DNA of 64,000 bases. It comes from Takakia lepidozioides. Its lineage: Eukaryota; Plantae; Bryophyta. The stretch lies in contig CM060734.1 in NCBI GenBank assembly GCA_030704615.1, positions 21,700,001 through 21,764,000 of the forward strand, in the 5' to 3' direction. This document shows, one piece after another, positions 22,599 to 36,200 of the stretch (its first letter is position 1; the number at the start of each line of letters is the position of its first letter). The notes beneath the pieces are model-generated. The model ran no database searches and was not told the origin of the DNA. It saw nothing but the letters and a program-made list of their open reading frames with translations. The translations under genes and the position numbers were made by a program.

Positions 22599-23451
22599 TG
22601 TCGTGCGCATACATATCGCTACACAACTACATCGCTGTCCAAAACCACACAACACATGTGCACGCCACACACTAGTATATCACTAGTCCACCACTAGTCC
22701 AACCACTAGGCTACAACTAGTCAGTCACGAGGCTGCCACTATGCTGCCCACTATGGCAGTCACTAGTCCACACAATGATAAAGAAGAAAAATACAAGCAC
22801 AAGCTCATGCGAGCTCACAAAGCTGAAGCATAAACTCATGCATATATAACCTCATCACTCAAATACAAGTCAAGCCAAGTGCACCCCACGCCATGGGGAA
22901 TCCACACTATGGCACCATAGCTAGGCGCGGTGAGGCTCAGCTCGAGAAAGATGAGCCTCTTGCGCTTGCCGTGAAGATAACCACTCCAGGGCCTAAATCT
23001 GCCTTGACCCCTGGATTGACACTTGGGCCAATCCCAAATGTCAATATGTAAAAGCTAGCTATTTTCTAGCTAGTTTCACACTAGTGGTAAAATAACTTGA
23101 CAGCTGTCGTGTGCATACATATCGCTACACAACTACATCGCTGTCCAAAACCACACAACACATGTGCACGCCACACACTAGTATACCACTAGTCCACCAC
23201 TAGTCCAGCCACTAGGCTACAACTAGTCAGTCACTAGGCTGCCACTATGCTGCCCACTATGGCAGTCACTAGTCCACACAATCGCCCCCCCTAGCTGGTG
23301 CTTAGGTCCCTCTAAGTCCTGGTAGCCACAAGATGTGATAGTGACAATAGCCTCACTAAGTCCTCCACCATTGTCCCCACTACACTCAAACTTGATAGAT
23401 CAAGAGGCCGGGTGCAAGAGTTGCCCCATCGTTAGTCGCCGTCTTGCAACC
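22599..23451 (-). mobile_element. Right end of a second, diverged split-repeat Gypsy: 3' region-PPT-B1'-GC-A2'-B2'
   Basis: B2' 22599-22774 and B1' 23105-23280 (176-bp direct repeats); A2' ~22775-23102; GACAGCTGTC at 23099-23108; PPT 23281-23298; 23300-23450 homologous to 20040-20190. Confidence 0.92.
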
Positions 23452-23975
23452 TGTGTCCAATGATGCACATTCTCACCATCTCATACAATCATAATTATTC
23501 AATCATTACATTCAGAATTGGATTCACATTCCATCATTCCATTTCTTCACACAAAATAGATTGAATTGAACTTCCTTCTTTTCCTTGTCTTCTTCTATTT
23601 CTCCATACACATCATATTGCAGAATCACATAATTAATCTACCATTGAAAATTACCTTGTCTTCTATTTCCTACACACACACACTCACACACTCTCTCCAC
23701 CTTGGTCACAGCTCATCTGATCTATTGTCCTGCAGCTCAATTATAACAATCTGTCTCAACAACTTCTATAACCGTCTAACTTCTTCTAGTCATCCAGAAT
23801 GTTCGTTCATCCATTTTCTTCATTATCGATTAAAGTTAGACTATTGATCGTCATAAAATATCGAGCAATATTACTATATCGAATCTGTATCGATAGTATC
23901 AGAGAATATATCGAGCAGGAAATGCACTAAATAGTCCTAAAATTAAATCTTAACCAAAATTTCTATTATTCTACA
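23452..23975 (-). mobile_element. Truncated 3' LTR of another Gypsy element, with PPT at ~23976-23990
   Basis: Minus strand AGGAGTGGGGTTA|TGTAGAATAA. 23462-23715 is similar to 61285-61525. Confidence 0.7.
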
Positions 23976-24027
23976 TAACCCCACTCCTAGTTGTGCAGCG
24001 ACCCCGCAAACACTAAGGCGTCTGCTC

Positions 24028-26649
24028 CTACCTAATTCCTAGGCTTCTTGGTCTGTCTGCCATCAGGGTCATGCGATCGGCAATGTCGAGCTCGATCAGC
24101 TGCTTCCCTCTGTGCCTTGGTGAACGCAACGTAAGGGTGAAATCGGGATCCCCCCCAATCGTCATAGATCGTAGAATCGGTTGCTGAATAAAACCCGTCA
24201 AGCACATCAATTCAAACACTCGAATCCATCTGGCTGGATGGTGCAATATCTTGGCCACAAGTCCAAACTCATAGCCACCCAACATCGGCTGGTTCACATC
24301 AATGGAAAAACCAAACTGGAGACACCACTTTGCCAACACTCCACAAAAATATCGATGCCATGAAGCACAATGGATCAGTATGCGTCTGGTGGGTGCGATG
24401 GAAATCCTGGTAAGATTTATTACAAGAGTCGAGTGTGTTGAAATCACCTGGGATATACGGCCAATTATAAGGAAATGATACAAGCCCTTCATTTTCCTTC
24501 CATTGACCCCGGCGTGGGCAGGCACACACCCCAAAGCTACCAACAATGCTCTGAGGCCATGGGGTATGGTTTGCTGGTAATCGATTGCCCAACGCAGTAA
24601 GCCATCCTGCAGTGGCAGTATGATGATAGTCCCGCCCCATCCATAACATTACCTCCCATCCAGGCATCATCTTATCGTCTGAATCTCGATAGGCTCGATC
24701 GGGGTCTCCAACAATATCCGAGTGTTCCCAATCAGTGGGGAATCGATAGCGCTCGAATAACCCCATCCCCACCTGAGCAATATCGGCTGTTGTGGGCCAA
24801 TTGATAGACAAGTCCACCGCCCAGTCATCTGTCAAAACCTCTGGCCAAGACTTCGCCTGGAGCCATGATGTCAATCGATTCTTAATAGCTGTCAACGTCC
24901 AGACATATGCAGCTCCATGCAAATCCCTAATGTTACTCCTCCAATACCTGTAATAGGACTTCTCAATCATAATCCGAAACTTCTCCTCCTGTAACACAAT
25001 AGCCACCAAGGCTTGCACCTTCTCCAAATAGGGGGACAATTCCTCTTCCTTAGGCATAGGCAATGCTGACAAAAATGCACAACTTGGGTTTCGATTCCAT
25101 GTGATATTGGCAGTCATCTGTCCCCTCCACGCTTCCAATCAATTTTCTAACTGCTGGTAATACAGAAAGCATCGAGAGGTAGGATCACCTACTGTGGCAA
25201 GGAACTTAGTAGGATCGACCACATCCAGATCGCCCTGAATAATCATTTCTACTGCCAAATTCTCCATCTCATAGTCACACAAGAATGGCCACTCTTCCTC
25301 CAAATCGATGGGCCCTTCTGCTCCATTGAGATCTGCCTTCAAAATATTATTGTCATAAATGTAACCTTGACTGAGTGTGTCAGCATAGCAAACATCCCGC
25401 CAATCGACAAGAATCTGGGTCCCCAACAAAAATGGAGCCTGCACTGGAGTCTCTCTCAATTGGTCCAACTCCTCCAATTGTGCCTTACCAGCACTTTCCA
25501 ATTCTCTCATATCACCTTCAGCCATCAATTTGAACTTTGCAAAGGCTGTTTCCAATTCTTTATACCTTGCATCTGGATCTGCTTGCTCAGCAGGTCGTTT
25601 CTCCAACTCTGCTTGCTGTCGTAATGCCTCAGTCAATTGCTGCTCCAATTCGGCAATTCGATTGTCCTTATGTTGCGATCGATTGGCTTGCAGCTGAATC
25701 AAATCGTCCTTGTCGGCAATTGTGTTCACATATTGTGCCTCCTTCCCTCTCCACTTTTCCTTGATTGCCTGGAGCTCCTTGGCATCAGCATCCGATTTCT
25801 TCTTCAATTCATCCCATCCTCACTACCAGGTTGCAAAGACGCATTGTAAAGGAAGGGTTTGTCTGACTCCCTACATCCTTGCCTGCAGAAGCAACGATAG
25901 CCATGTTTGCATTGGGGGCTGCACTGATCTTCTCCCCTTGAGCACTGGACTCAGCGTTGTTTGTCCTTGGCACCTCAACTTCATCGGGAGGGGGTACTTC
26001 CAATCGATACTGAAATGATCATAGAAAGATAATTCGCACAGAGCAGACTGTCAGCCTTCGATGCCCGCCTCTTTTGGAACAACTCTTCATGAATTTTTCC
26101 ACATAAGAACTCGGCCCAATTGAGACACAAGCCTTCATACGATGCTATTGCCGCATTCAATTGCCTACCCGCTACATAAGTAGCAAATTTCTTCAATGTC
26201 AATCGGCTTACTACAAATTTCAACCATTCCATCAGCTCCGGACTCATCGCTTTGGCAATTGTCCAACCTCCTGTTTGATTGCATGCGTCCGGCTTGAAAT
26301 AATTGTCCGGATTGAAATTTTCATCTCTGAAACCATCAACCTCTCCTTCTGCTCCAGGTACTTTGAGAATCTCTGTAATTGTGCGTGCATCCACCATAAT
26401 TTCCACTCCATTGACAATACCACTCCTTCTATTATGATCGTAGATGCGATAATACTGCATCACTACCGCCATGATCGGCTTCGGCAGAGTAGCAGATAAG
26501 AGCAAAAACTCAAACAATGTTGACTGTCTCCACTTCTGTTTCTGTGCAGTATTGCCCAAAATCAATGGAACGTCGCAGAATTTCAACTCTGCTGCCATTA
26601 TCCCAACTGCCGGTGGTAATTGTGGTATCACCTTCCCTCCTGTCGGCAT
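24028..26649 (-). pseudogene. Large extra ORF of a Tat/Athila-like Gypsy (plant-transposon/mobile-domain-like N-terminus, coiled coil, unknown C-terminal domain)
   Basis: Consecutive minus ORFs 25981-26649, 25809-26003, 25139-25807, 24299-25138 and 24028-24546, directly upstream of the PPT/LTR. Motif CLNWAEFL..KIHEEL. Family call is inference. Confidence 0.6.
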
Positions 26650-26766
26650 CGTGCGTTAAAAAAGAAACAGCTTCACAGTCAATCAATCGCTCTTCACACT
26701 TGAACACTGCACAGCGCTTACCTCTTAACCAGAAAGAGAAAAATCGACAATTGACAATGAGGGACT

Positions 26767-27440
26767 CACTACAGGAAAAGGGGGGCTTTTGCGACGCCGC
26801 GGCGTCAGAAAAATGCCCATCCCAAGCACGGGGCAGGTGCCTTATTTGCGACGGCCGGCCGTCGCCAAAAAGAGGTCGCAAAAATGCGACGTATGGGGGT
26901 CATGAGCCCCCGCCCCAACTCCCGCGACTGCTGGACGTCGCTTTTCGGGCCGTCCACGCCGATGGCAGGGGCGAGCGACGACTCGCCGTCGCTGCCCTCC
27001 AGCCGACGACATTGGTGGGGGCGACGGCGCGGCGTCGCATCCCCTTTTTTTCTAACCTGCCCGGGAGTCCCATCCTAAAATCCAAAACACGTGGCGTAAG
27101 CCGGGTGGTACGCCAGTGCGTCGCTGCAAGCGACTATTGGGCGTGGCAAAAAAAAAAACAGAAGGAGCTGGAGTCGGGCTCCACGATGCCCGTGCATGAG
27201 TTCCCGCGACGGTTTGGCGTCGCTTTCTATATATTCAATCAAAAAATAAAAACACATGGCGTAGGCAGGGTGGTGGGATCCGTGACGCCAGGGCGTTGTG
27301 GCTTGCGACCCCCGGACCCAAAAAACCCGGGGGGGTCGGGTGTTGCTGCCTGTAAAAGGGATTTGCGACGCCGGGGCGTCGCGGCTTGCGACCCCCGCCA
27401 AAAAAACCCGTCGCCAATGCCGACGCCCTGCAGTCGCGAG
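26767..27440 (+). mobile_element. CACTA (EnSpm) left terminus with GCGACG/CGTCGC subterminal repeats
   Basis: CACTACAGGAAAAGGGGGG at 26767 followed by many GCGACG/CGTCGC motifs in both orientations. Confidence 0.85.
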
Positions 27441-27720
27441 GCCAACCTGGTGGGGGGGGGGGATTGGGGGTTGATTTTGGGGGTGAATTGGGGGTGGTTT
27501 TTGTTTTTTGCCCGGTTTTTTTGGGGGGGATGGGAGACCTTACAGCTTCCATTTCTCTTATTTAGCAGGTATACAATTGAGCAAGCATGAATCGAGGGTG
27601 AGGACGGTGCGACACATGAATAAGATGGAAGATGGAAATATGGAAATATATTTACAAGAAATGAGCTGAAAAGCTCACAAGGGTTCAATAGGCTGACCCT
27701 GGGACCTACATGGACTAGGA

Positions 27721-30006
27721 CTAGTCATCCTCATCCTCATCCTCAGTGGAGGACTCAGAGCTATCCGATGAGCATGATGACTCCGCGCCCTTTGCCAGAG
27801 CACCTAAAGGAGGCGGCGTTCCCCTAAGTTCCATAGGGCTTTCATCCAATCCTTGGCCTTGACCCCCGCCCTCATCCATACTAGTGCCATGTAGTGCACT
27901 CATCCCCTCCGTATTAGCCATGTTCTTTATGAGGGATTGCCAACCATGCTCCTTGGCGTAGTTGTACTCTACCGGAGATGGCTTCCTCTCAAACGCGCGT
28001 TGCTACACATGCCACAAATTAAAGTCAGTTCTTCACGATGATGGAGCCAGAAAGAAGACATAACAAAATACATAGGGAAATATGACTTACAAATCGCAAG
28101 ATAAAACCCTTGGATCCGCCGACGCCCCGCTTGTGTGTGGATTCGTGCTTGTCAAGGCGGACTGTTGTTGCTTCACGTGCCCGCTCAAATTTGGCCTTGT
28201 TTGCGGCATCATTCTCTCCCGCAATGAGTGCATCCCACGATACCTATGCCCCCCCCCCCCCCAACAATTAGTGAATTACACACATACGTTGCATCGAATC
28301 CACCTCATTAATGCGCATGCGACAAATGGAAGGTGAAATGATTCAAGATTTGCCAACCTGTGTAATTCCATAAGGTGGTTTGGGTATGGCCCCCTTTTCC
28401 ATTGCCCTCCGAATGATCCGTCTGGCACGGTACCTCCTGTCCTTCAAGTTCCGCCCCACCATCCATTACCCTTGTGTCACTCCAATTGCCCGGAAACCGG
28501 CGCTCTAACTCACAGGCATACGCCCGCTTCGCGCCAAAGTGCTGATCAGCCCACTCAATGTGCAAAGGGAACCACCTCATTGCGAGTTCGAAGGCTGGCT
28601 TCTTCATAGCCTCCCAGAACACACCATAGGGATCACCATGGCAATTCACCCACCGGTGGCACCACGATCTTTGCCAACTCCACGTCCTCTATCGCCAAGG
28701 ATTTCTTCTTCTTCCCACCCTCTCCCTTCTTTGTAGCCTCCTTCCCCTACTCCTTTGTTACCCCATTGCCCTCCCCCGCATGCACACTCACCCCTTCCTC
28801 TCCATGGGACTTCTTCTTCTTCTTTTCCTTCCCCTTCTCCACGACCATCTCCTTCCCCTTCCCCGCTACTTCTTCTCTCTCCTTCTCCCTCTCCCTTCTC
28901 TCTCTCTCCTCGGCAGCCCCTTCATTGATGGTAAAAGGGATCTCGGGAGGTCGAGGCCTCTTCTTCTTATCTTTGGTGTTCGGGTCCTTCATGAACACCA
29001 CGTGCTCTCCCTCAGTGGCAACCCCACCAGACTGCACCAATGAGGCCTGCCATGTTGTTGCCTCCTGAAGGCAAATAACCCCCCCAAATTCAAAAAAAGA
29101 AACAAACAACAAAGAAAATCATGCATGCAAAGGAAATGACAAAACATGGAACAAGGTACAGCAGCTATACCTTGTGAAACTTGGCTGACTTGGCCTCGGT
29201 GTCACCCGATGTGGTAGGAGGCCCCGTTGCCGGATGTGCCCGCGTTATCCCTCCCGAAGCGCCACTAGAAGTAGATTCCAGATGTCGAACATAGCCGCTG
29301 CCAGCGCCCTGTAGTCCAAGCCCTTCTTTGCTGACCGCTCAGGCTCAGGGGGCAGTGTCGCTGATCGGCTAGGCCGCTCTAAACCGGCCCATACCTCCTC
29401 CTCCCCTGCTCCCCCCAAATGCGTAGCAGGGTAGAAGCCCTCACCCGGCTTGACTACTTCGAGGCGCTTCGCTATCTTGGCCACTTCATTGGCCCTCCTC
29501 GTCTCCTCCTCCCTCATCGACAACATTGGGATAGCAACGACCACTTCCAAAGGCCCTTGAACCTGACCTTGGGCCTTGGCAAGTGCAGCCTTCGCTACGG
29601 AGGAAGGGGTCGCTATGGGGGTGACATCCAAAAGTTGCCCATACCAGGCCCCCGAACGGGTGATGTGCTTGCCAAGGTACATTTCACCCGTCTTGGTGGC
29701 CGGAGGTGTGCTCAACTGAGCATCCGGCTCAGCAACAACCTCCCGAATAGGAGAGCTGGCTGAGCCGGCCCCTGGCGCATCCAAGATGGGGACAAGAGGG
29801 GGGGTACTGGCTCGGGGGGGCAGACAAGCCCTCCGGCTGCGGTTGTCAACGGGGCTGGTAAACCGTGAGACGCCCTGGCGCGTCACACGTGCCGGCAGAG
29901 CAAACGGATTCTCCGGCCCTTTCTTTGGGGCAGGGGACTTCTTCTCTTTTCCCAGAAGCCTGGCACCTGTCATGCAAACCCACAAGTTGGCCTCATTAGG
30001 AAACAA
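27721..30006 (-). pseudogene. Intron-containing, degenerate CACTA accessory (TnpA-like) gene reading toward the left TIR
   Basis: Minus ORFs 29245-30006, 28747-29112, 28308-28649 and 27721-27921 with K/E-rich, W-rich and acidic tail segments and apparent splice boundaries. Function is inferred from position. Confidence 0.5.
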
Positions 30007-30080
30007 CCTCTACATTCTAGATCAAAAACAAAAAAAACCAAGCATGTCGGGGGCTGAGAGCAACAAATGTTGGGGGTCTC

Positions 30081-30250
30081 GAGAAGGGGCAACAAAGGGA
30101 AAAATAAATAAATAAATTGGGGGGGGGGGGGGGGGGGACTGAGCAGCAGCAGCTGCTCAGTCACCCCCCACCTTTTTTTTTTTTTTTTTCTTTCCTGATC
30201 TCACCCTCTCACACTCTCTCTCTCCCTCTCTCTCCCTCCCTCTATGGATC
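30081..30250 (+). repeat. Left copy of ~170-bp inverted repeat (partner 50866-51055)
   Basis: GGGGCAACAAAG..G-run-GACTGAGCAGC..GCTGCTCAGTC-C-run-T-run-TTTCCTGATCTC-(CT)n matches the reverse complement of 50866-51055. Confidence 0.8.
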
Positions 30251-33200
30251 TGGTTGGTTCTTTTAAAACTCGATAGTTTAAGACCAGTGGTATGTTACCT
30301 AATCCCTAATTAACCTTGTTGGAATTTGGTTAATTTTGGTTATTTACATTACCCGGATTTTGGTATAAGGTCAGGATCCTAATGGAGCCATCCTATTATT
30401 TAATTTTTTCATCCATAAATGGATGTCATCCTCAGAGGATGACACAGATGAAAAATCGAGAGACAATTTCATCCAACGCGGATGAAATCACGATAGATTT
30501 CATCCTGCGTGGTAGAGTTCATCCCGTGTGTTGGATTTCATCCCGAATGGATAAAATCGCGGGAAATCGCGCTTCATCTCTTCCCTGCCCTAACCCTCTG
30601 CACGACGATCGTGCTTAAGGGATGGCTGGAGCTGAGAGATGGTGGCGGGGGGCGCATGGAGCTCGATTCAGGCGCCCTTGAATGCTATGGAGCTGCGCCA
30701 TTAAGGCATTTAGGTGTTCTGGCAAGATTCGGTACCTTCTTCCCCTCTTGGGGTGCGTAATGCGGCAGTACCTGCAATTTCCCTGTGGCGGTTGTCTCTA
30801 ATGCTTGGCGGGCGATCTACCTGTGTTGTGGTTGTTTGTTGTGACCTTCATTGATCATTAAGATACAAGCGGCGATCTTAAGGCCTCAGAGAAGTGTCTG
30901 AACTCTTTAAGTTTGGGCGATTCACTTTCTTTGTGCATGCTTTGTACATTTTGTTGTGCATTCTTGTTTGCTGGTCTTGAGAGCTATGGCGCAGGCCTCT
31001 CTTCCACAAGCCATCAAGGTATTGGCTTGCATATGCTCTGTTTCATTTCTGCCCCTGCTTTGTATTTTCCAAAATGGTAAGACATTGGTAGATGTGAAGA
31101 GAATGATTCAGGCATTGTATTCAAGTTGCTTTAGGATAAATAATACCAAAGTAACCTGTAGGCCTGATGGGACGAGCAATTCAGATTCTTTGTGTTTCCT
31201 ATGGATGATTGCATGGCATGTAAATCTGATTACAGCCTGTTATGGTAATGATTTCCCTACCCCAGACATAGAACTTGGTCTTGGGGCATGGAATAAGAGG
31301 TGGGAATATTACTCTACCCTGTCATTGAAATTACACACCAGCCCCAGATCTAAAACATATCATGGGGCAAAAAACATGGTGTCAATAAGTGACTTGATGT
31401 GCAAAATAGGGCAGTTGATTATACCCTGTTGTATAAGCTGCCAAATATCAGTCTGTAACCTGCTTTGGTGATGTTCTCTATGTAAAGAAATGCTCTTATT
31501 TTGTTCTTAAGCCTTCTATGATCATAAATGGCTTTTTTTAAGACAAACAGACATTTTCCAGCCAGAACAGTGATCAATGGATCTTTATTGGACATGGATA
31601 CTTACTGCTCAGTCACTTTTGTATGTCCAATGATACAAAGAACCCAAAAACTATACTAGTTTTTGGGCCAACAATAAATTAGGATGGTTGGTTATGCCTT
31701 GGTATGTAAGCTGACCCAAAAAATACAGATTGAATGACATGGCATGTCATGAATGGCACTTTTTAGCATGGTGAACAATGGTTTCCTGCTATGAACAGTG
31801 GTAATCGAGTCTCTAATTTTTCCCACCCCCCCACCCAGACATTTCATTGACTTTGAAGTTGGGATTTGTCATAAAGCTGACTTGTGAATGAAGAATGGTT
31901 GATAATGCCTTGTTATGAGGCTGATTGTCGTTAATTTTACAATGACCTTGTCAGGTCTTTGTCCATGTCTCGACAAGACATAAGTATCTTCCCTCTCTGA
32001 TTTAGACCAGTGTACTTGGTGGTTCTTGTACACATTATCAACCAATCTCCCTTCTGTTTTCAGTTTTATGTTTGATTTACTAACGCCTTGGTCTGAGCAT
32101 GACAAAAGGTTATCAAATATGTTCCTGATTGAAGTGATGAACCCAAGGCAATGGGAAGGCCAAGCCATGAGATATCAGCCTCCTCTCCCGCCATGACCAT
32201 GGTGTGGAGCAAGTCCTTCATAAGGTACGATTTTCTCCAGCAAAAATATGTTGGTTAATTGGGCATGGGAGAATAAGGCATCCTTGAAGGTACCTAAGAT
32301 AAGCATAGAACATCTATAGGGCTTCTGAATGCTGAAATTTTGAGCTAGGCCTTGGTAAGACAGCTTGCTGGAGTGGACGTATACACCTTATACATGATCC
32401 GGTCAATGCACATTACTCTTGTTTGCCGGTCCCCTGTAGCCGATGCCTTATGTCAGATTTAGATACCTTATGATAAGAATGAGTTCCATTTCTTTGGCTC
32501 AAATGTTTCTATATTTCTCCTGGTTATGGCTTTGCTCTTTTTAGCACCATAGAAAAAACCCAATTTTGATATGATGCTGGTAGATGTTTTGTCTGAATAC
32601 CAAGGGGTAAACCCCTGCCAGACTTCATTACCTAAGTCCCAATACCTGGCCACCTTTGGTTTTGTACACATGTTGTACCCAAAACAAGGGGTGGTGTTAA
32701 ACACTAAAAGTCTGATATAAGATTCTTTCCTGATTGTTACTTTATGACCTGGGAATTGAGGGTTCTTTCACTGGCCTCTTCTTCCGGTCACCAAAGCTTA
32801 TATATAAGCTAAAAGATAAAACTCTACATTTTGATGTATGGTTGATGTACCTTCGTTTGTCACAACTTGCCAACTTGGAACATACCAATGGCAGAAAATT
32901 CATTACCTAAACCTGTCCCCGTTGGTTTTGTACACATGTGGTACCCAAAAACATGGCTAGGTAAACACTAAAGGGTTGATAAAAGTTTCTTTCTTGTTTG
33001 TTGCTTCATGAATTTTGGAGTTAAGGTCCCTTCATTGGCCTCATTTTCCATTACCAGAGCTTATGTGTAGCTAAAAGGTAAAACTCTACATCTGATGTAA
33101 GTGTTGATGTACCTTTGTTTGTCACGACTTGTTTTGTTTTTTGACCTTGGAGAGTTGAGATTGTAGGCATGTTTATTTCTATGGTTCCTTTGTAACCAGA

Positions 33201-36200
33201 AGTAAAAGCTACAAAGAAGAAGGAGGTCATTTATGTGATGGGGTCTGGTATGCACTCCCTTACGGGTGAGTGCATGACACACTCACTCCATAAGGAGTTG
33301 CCATACCAGGGGATGGTTGGTGGGTTCCCTCTCTCTCCCTCCCTCCATGGATCTGGCTGGTTCTTTTAAAACTCGATAGTTTAAGACCAGTGGTATGTTA
33401 CCTAACCCCTAATTAACCTTCTTGGAATTGGTTAATTTTGGTTATTTACATTACCCGATTTTTTGGTATAAGGTCAGGATCCTAATGGAGCCATCCTATT
33501 ATTTAATTTTTTCATCCATAAATGGATGTCATCCTCAGAGGATGACACAGATGAAAAATCGAGAGACAATTTCATCCAACGCGGATGAAATCACGATAGA
33601 TTTCATCCTGCGTGGTAGAGTTCATCCCGTGTGTTGGATTTCATCCCGAATGGATGAAATCGCGGGAAATCGCGCTTCATCTCTTCTTTGCCCTAACCCT
33701 CTGCACGACGATCGTGCTTAAGGGATGGCTGGAGCTGAGAGATGGTGGCGGGGGCGCATGGAGCTCGATTCAGGCGCCCTTGAATGCTATGGAGCTGCGA
33801 GCTGCGCCATTAAGGCATTAGGTGTTCTGGCAAGATTCGGTACCTTCTTCCCCTCTTGGGGTGCGTAATGGCGGCAGTACCTGCAATTTCCCTGTGGCGG
33901 TTGTCTCTAATGCTTGGCGGGCGATCTTGAAGAATGGTTGATAATGCCTTGTTATGAGGCTGATTTGTCGTTAATTGTACCATGACCTTGGCAGGTCTTT
34001 GTCCATGGTCCACAAGACATAAGTATCTTCCCTCTCATGATTTAGACCAGTGTACTTGTTGTTCTTTACACATTAGAAACCAATCTCCCTTCGGTTTTCA
34101 GTTTTATGTTTGATTTACTAACGCCTTGGTCTAGCAATAACAAAGGTTATCAATAATGTTCCTGATTGAAGTATGAAACCCAGGCCATGGGAAGGCCAAG
34201 CCATGAGATAGCAGCCTTCCTCTCCCCGCCATGACCATGTGCGTGAGCAAGTCCTTCATAAGGTACGATTTTCTCCAGCACAAATATGTTGGTTAATTGG
34301 GCATGGAGAATAAGGCATCCTTGAAGGTACCTAAGATAAGCATAGAACATCTATAGGAATTGGCTTCTATGCTGAAATTTTGAGCTAGGCCTTGGTAAGA
34401 CAGCTTTGCTGGAGTGGACGTATACCCTTACATGATCCGGTCAATGCACATTACTCTTGTTGCCGGTCCCCTGTAGCCGATTCCTATGTCAGATTTTAGA
34501 TACCTTATGATGAAGAATGAGTTCCATTTCTTGTCTCACATGTTTCTATATTTCGCCTGTTTATGGCTTTTGCTCTTTTTTAGCACCATAGAAAAAACCC
34601 CACTTTTGATATGATCTGGTAGATGTTTTTGTCTGAATACCAAGTGTAAACCCTGCCGACTCATTACCCTAAGTCATAACCTGCCCCCTTTGGTTTTGTA
34701 CACATTTGTACAACCAAAACCAGGGGTGGTTAAACACTAAAGTCTATATAAGATTCTTTCCTGTTGTTACTTTATGACCTTGGGAATTGAGGTTCTTTCC
34801 ACTGGCCTCTTCGGCTTCCGGTCACCAACTTATATATTACGCTAAAAGGTAAAACTCTACATTTTGATTTATGTGTTAGAGTACCTTCGTTTGTCCACAA
34901 ACTTGCCAACTTGGAACCTACCAATGGCAAAAAATTCTTACCTAAACCTCTGTCCCCGTTGGTTTTGTACACATGTGGTGAAGAATGGTTGATAATGCCT
35001 TGTTATGAGGCTGATTTGTCGTTAATTGTACCATGACCTTGGCAGGTCTTTGTCCATGGTCCACAAGACATAAGTATCTTCCCTCTCATGATTTAGACCA
35101 GTGTACTTGTTGTTCTTTACACATTAGAAACCAATCTCCCTTCGGTTTTCAGTTTTATGTTTGATTTACTAACGCCTTGGTCTAGCAATAACAAAGGTTA
35201 TCAATAATGTTCCTGATTTAAGTATGAAACCCAGGCCATGGGAAGGCCAAGCCATGAGATAGCAGCCTTCCTCTCCCCGCCATGACCATGTGCGTTGAGC
35301 AAGTCCTTCATAAGGTACGATTTTCTCCAGCACAAATATGTTGGTTAATTGGGCATGGAGAATAAGGCATCCTTGCAGGTACCTAAGATAAGCATAGAAC
35401 ATCTATAGGAATTGGCTTCTATGCTGAAATTTTGAGCTAGGCCTTGGTAAGACAGCTTTGCTGGAGTGGACGTATACCCTTACATGATCCGGTCAATGCA
35501 CATTACTCTTGTTGCCGGTCCCCTGTAGCCGATTCCTATGTCAGATTTTAGATACCTTATGATGAAGATGAGTTCCATTTCTTGTCTCACATGTTTCTAT
35601 ATTTCGCCTGTTTATGGCTTTTGCTCTTTTTTAGCACCATAGAAAAAACCCCACTTTTGATATGATCTGGTAGATGTTTTTGTCTGAATACCAAGTGTAA
35701 ACCCTGCCGACTCATTACCCTCAGTCATAACCTGCCCCCTTTGGTTTTGTACACATTTGTACAACCAAAACCAGGGGTGGTTAAACACTAAAGTCTATAT
35801 AAGATTCTTTCCTGTTGTTACTTTATGACCTTGGGAATTGAGGTTCTTTCCACTGGCCTCTTCGGCTTCCGGTCACCAACTTATATATTACGCTAAAAGG
35901 TAAAACTCTACATTTTGATTTATGTTTTAGAGTACCTTCGTTTGTCCACAAACTTGCCAACTTGGAACCTACCAATGGCAAAAAATCCTTACCTAAACCT
36001 CTGTCCCCGTTGGTTTTGTACACATGTGGGTACCCAAAAACATGGGCTAGGTAACACTAAAAGGGGTTGATAAATTTTTCTTTCTTGTTTGTTGCTTCCA
36101 TGAATTTCGGAGTTAAGGTCCTTCATTTGGCCCTCATTTTTTTTTTTTTCCATTACCAGAGCTTGTGTAGCTAAAGGTAAAACTCTACATTCTGAGTAAG

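Noticed and set aside
26517-27590. 357-aa ORF and similar GC-rich ORFs at 58788-59404
   Set aside because: They run across CACTA termini and subterminal repeats and are open only because of base composition.
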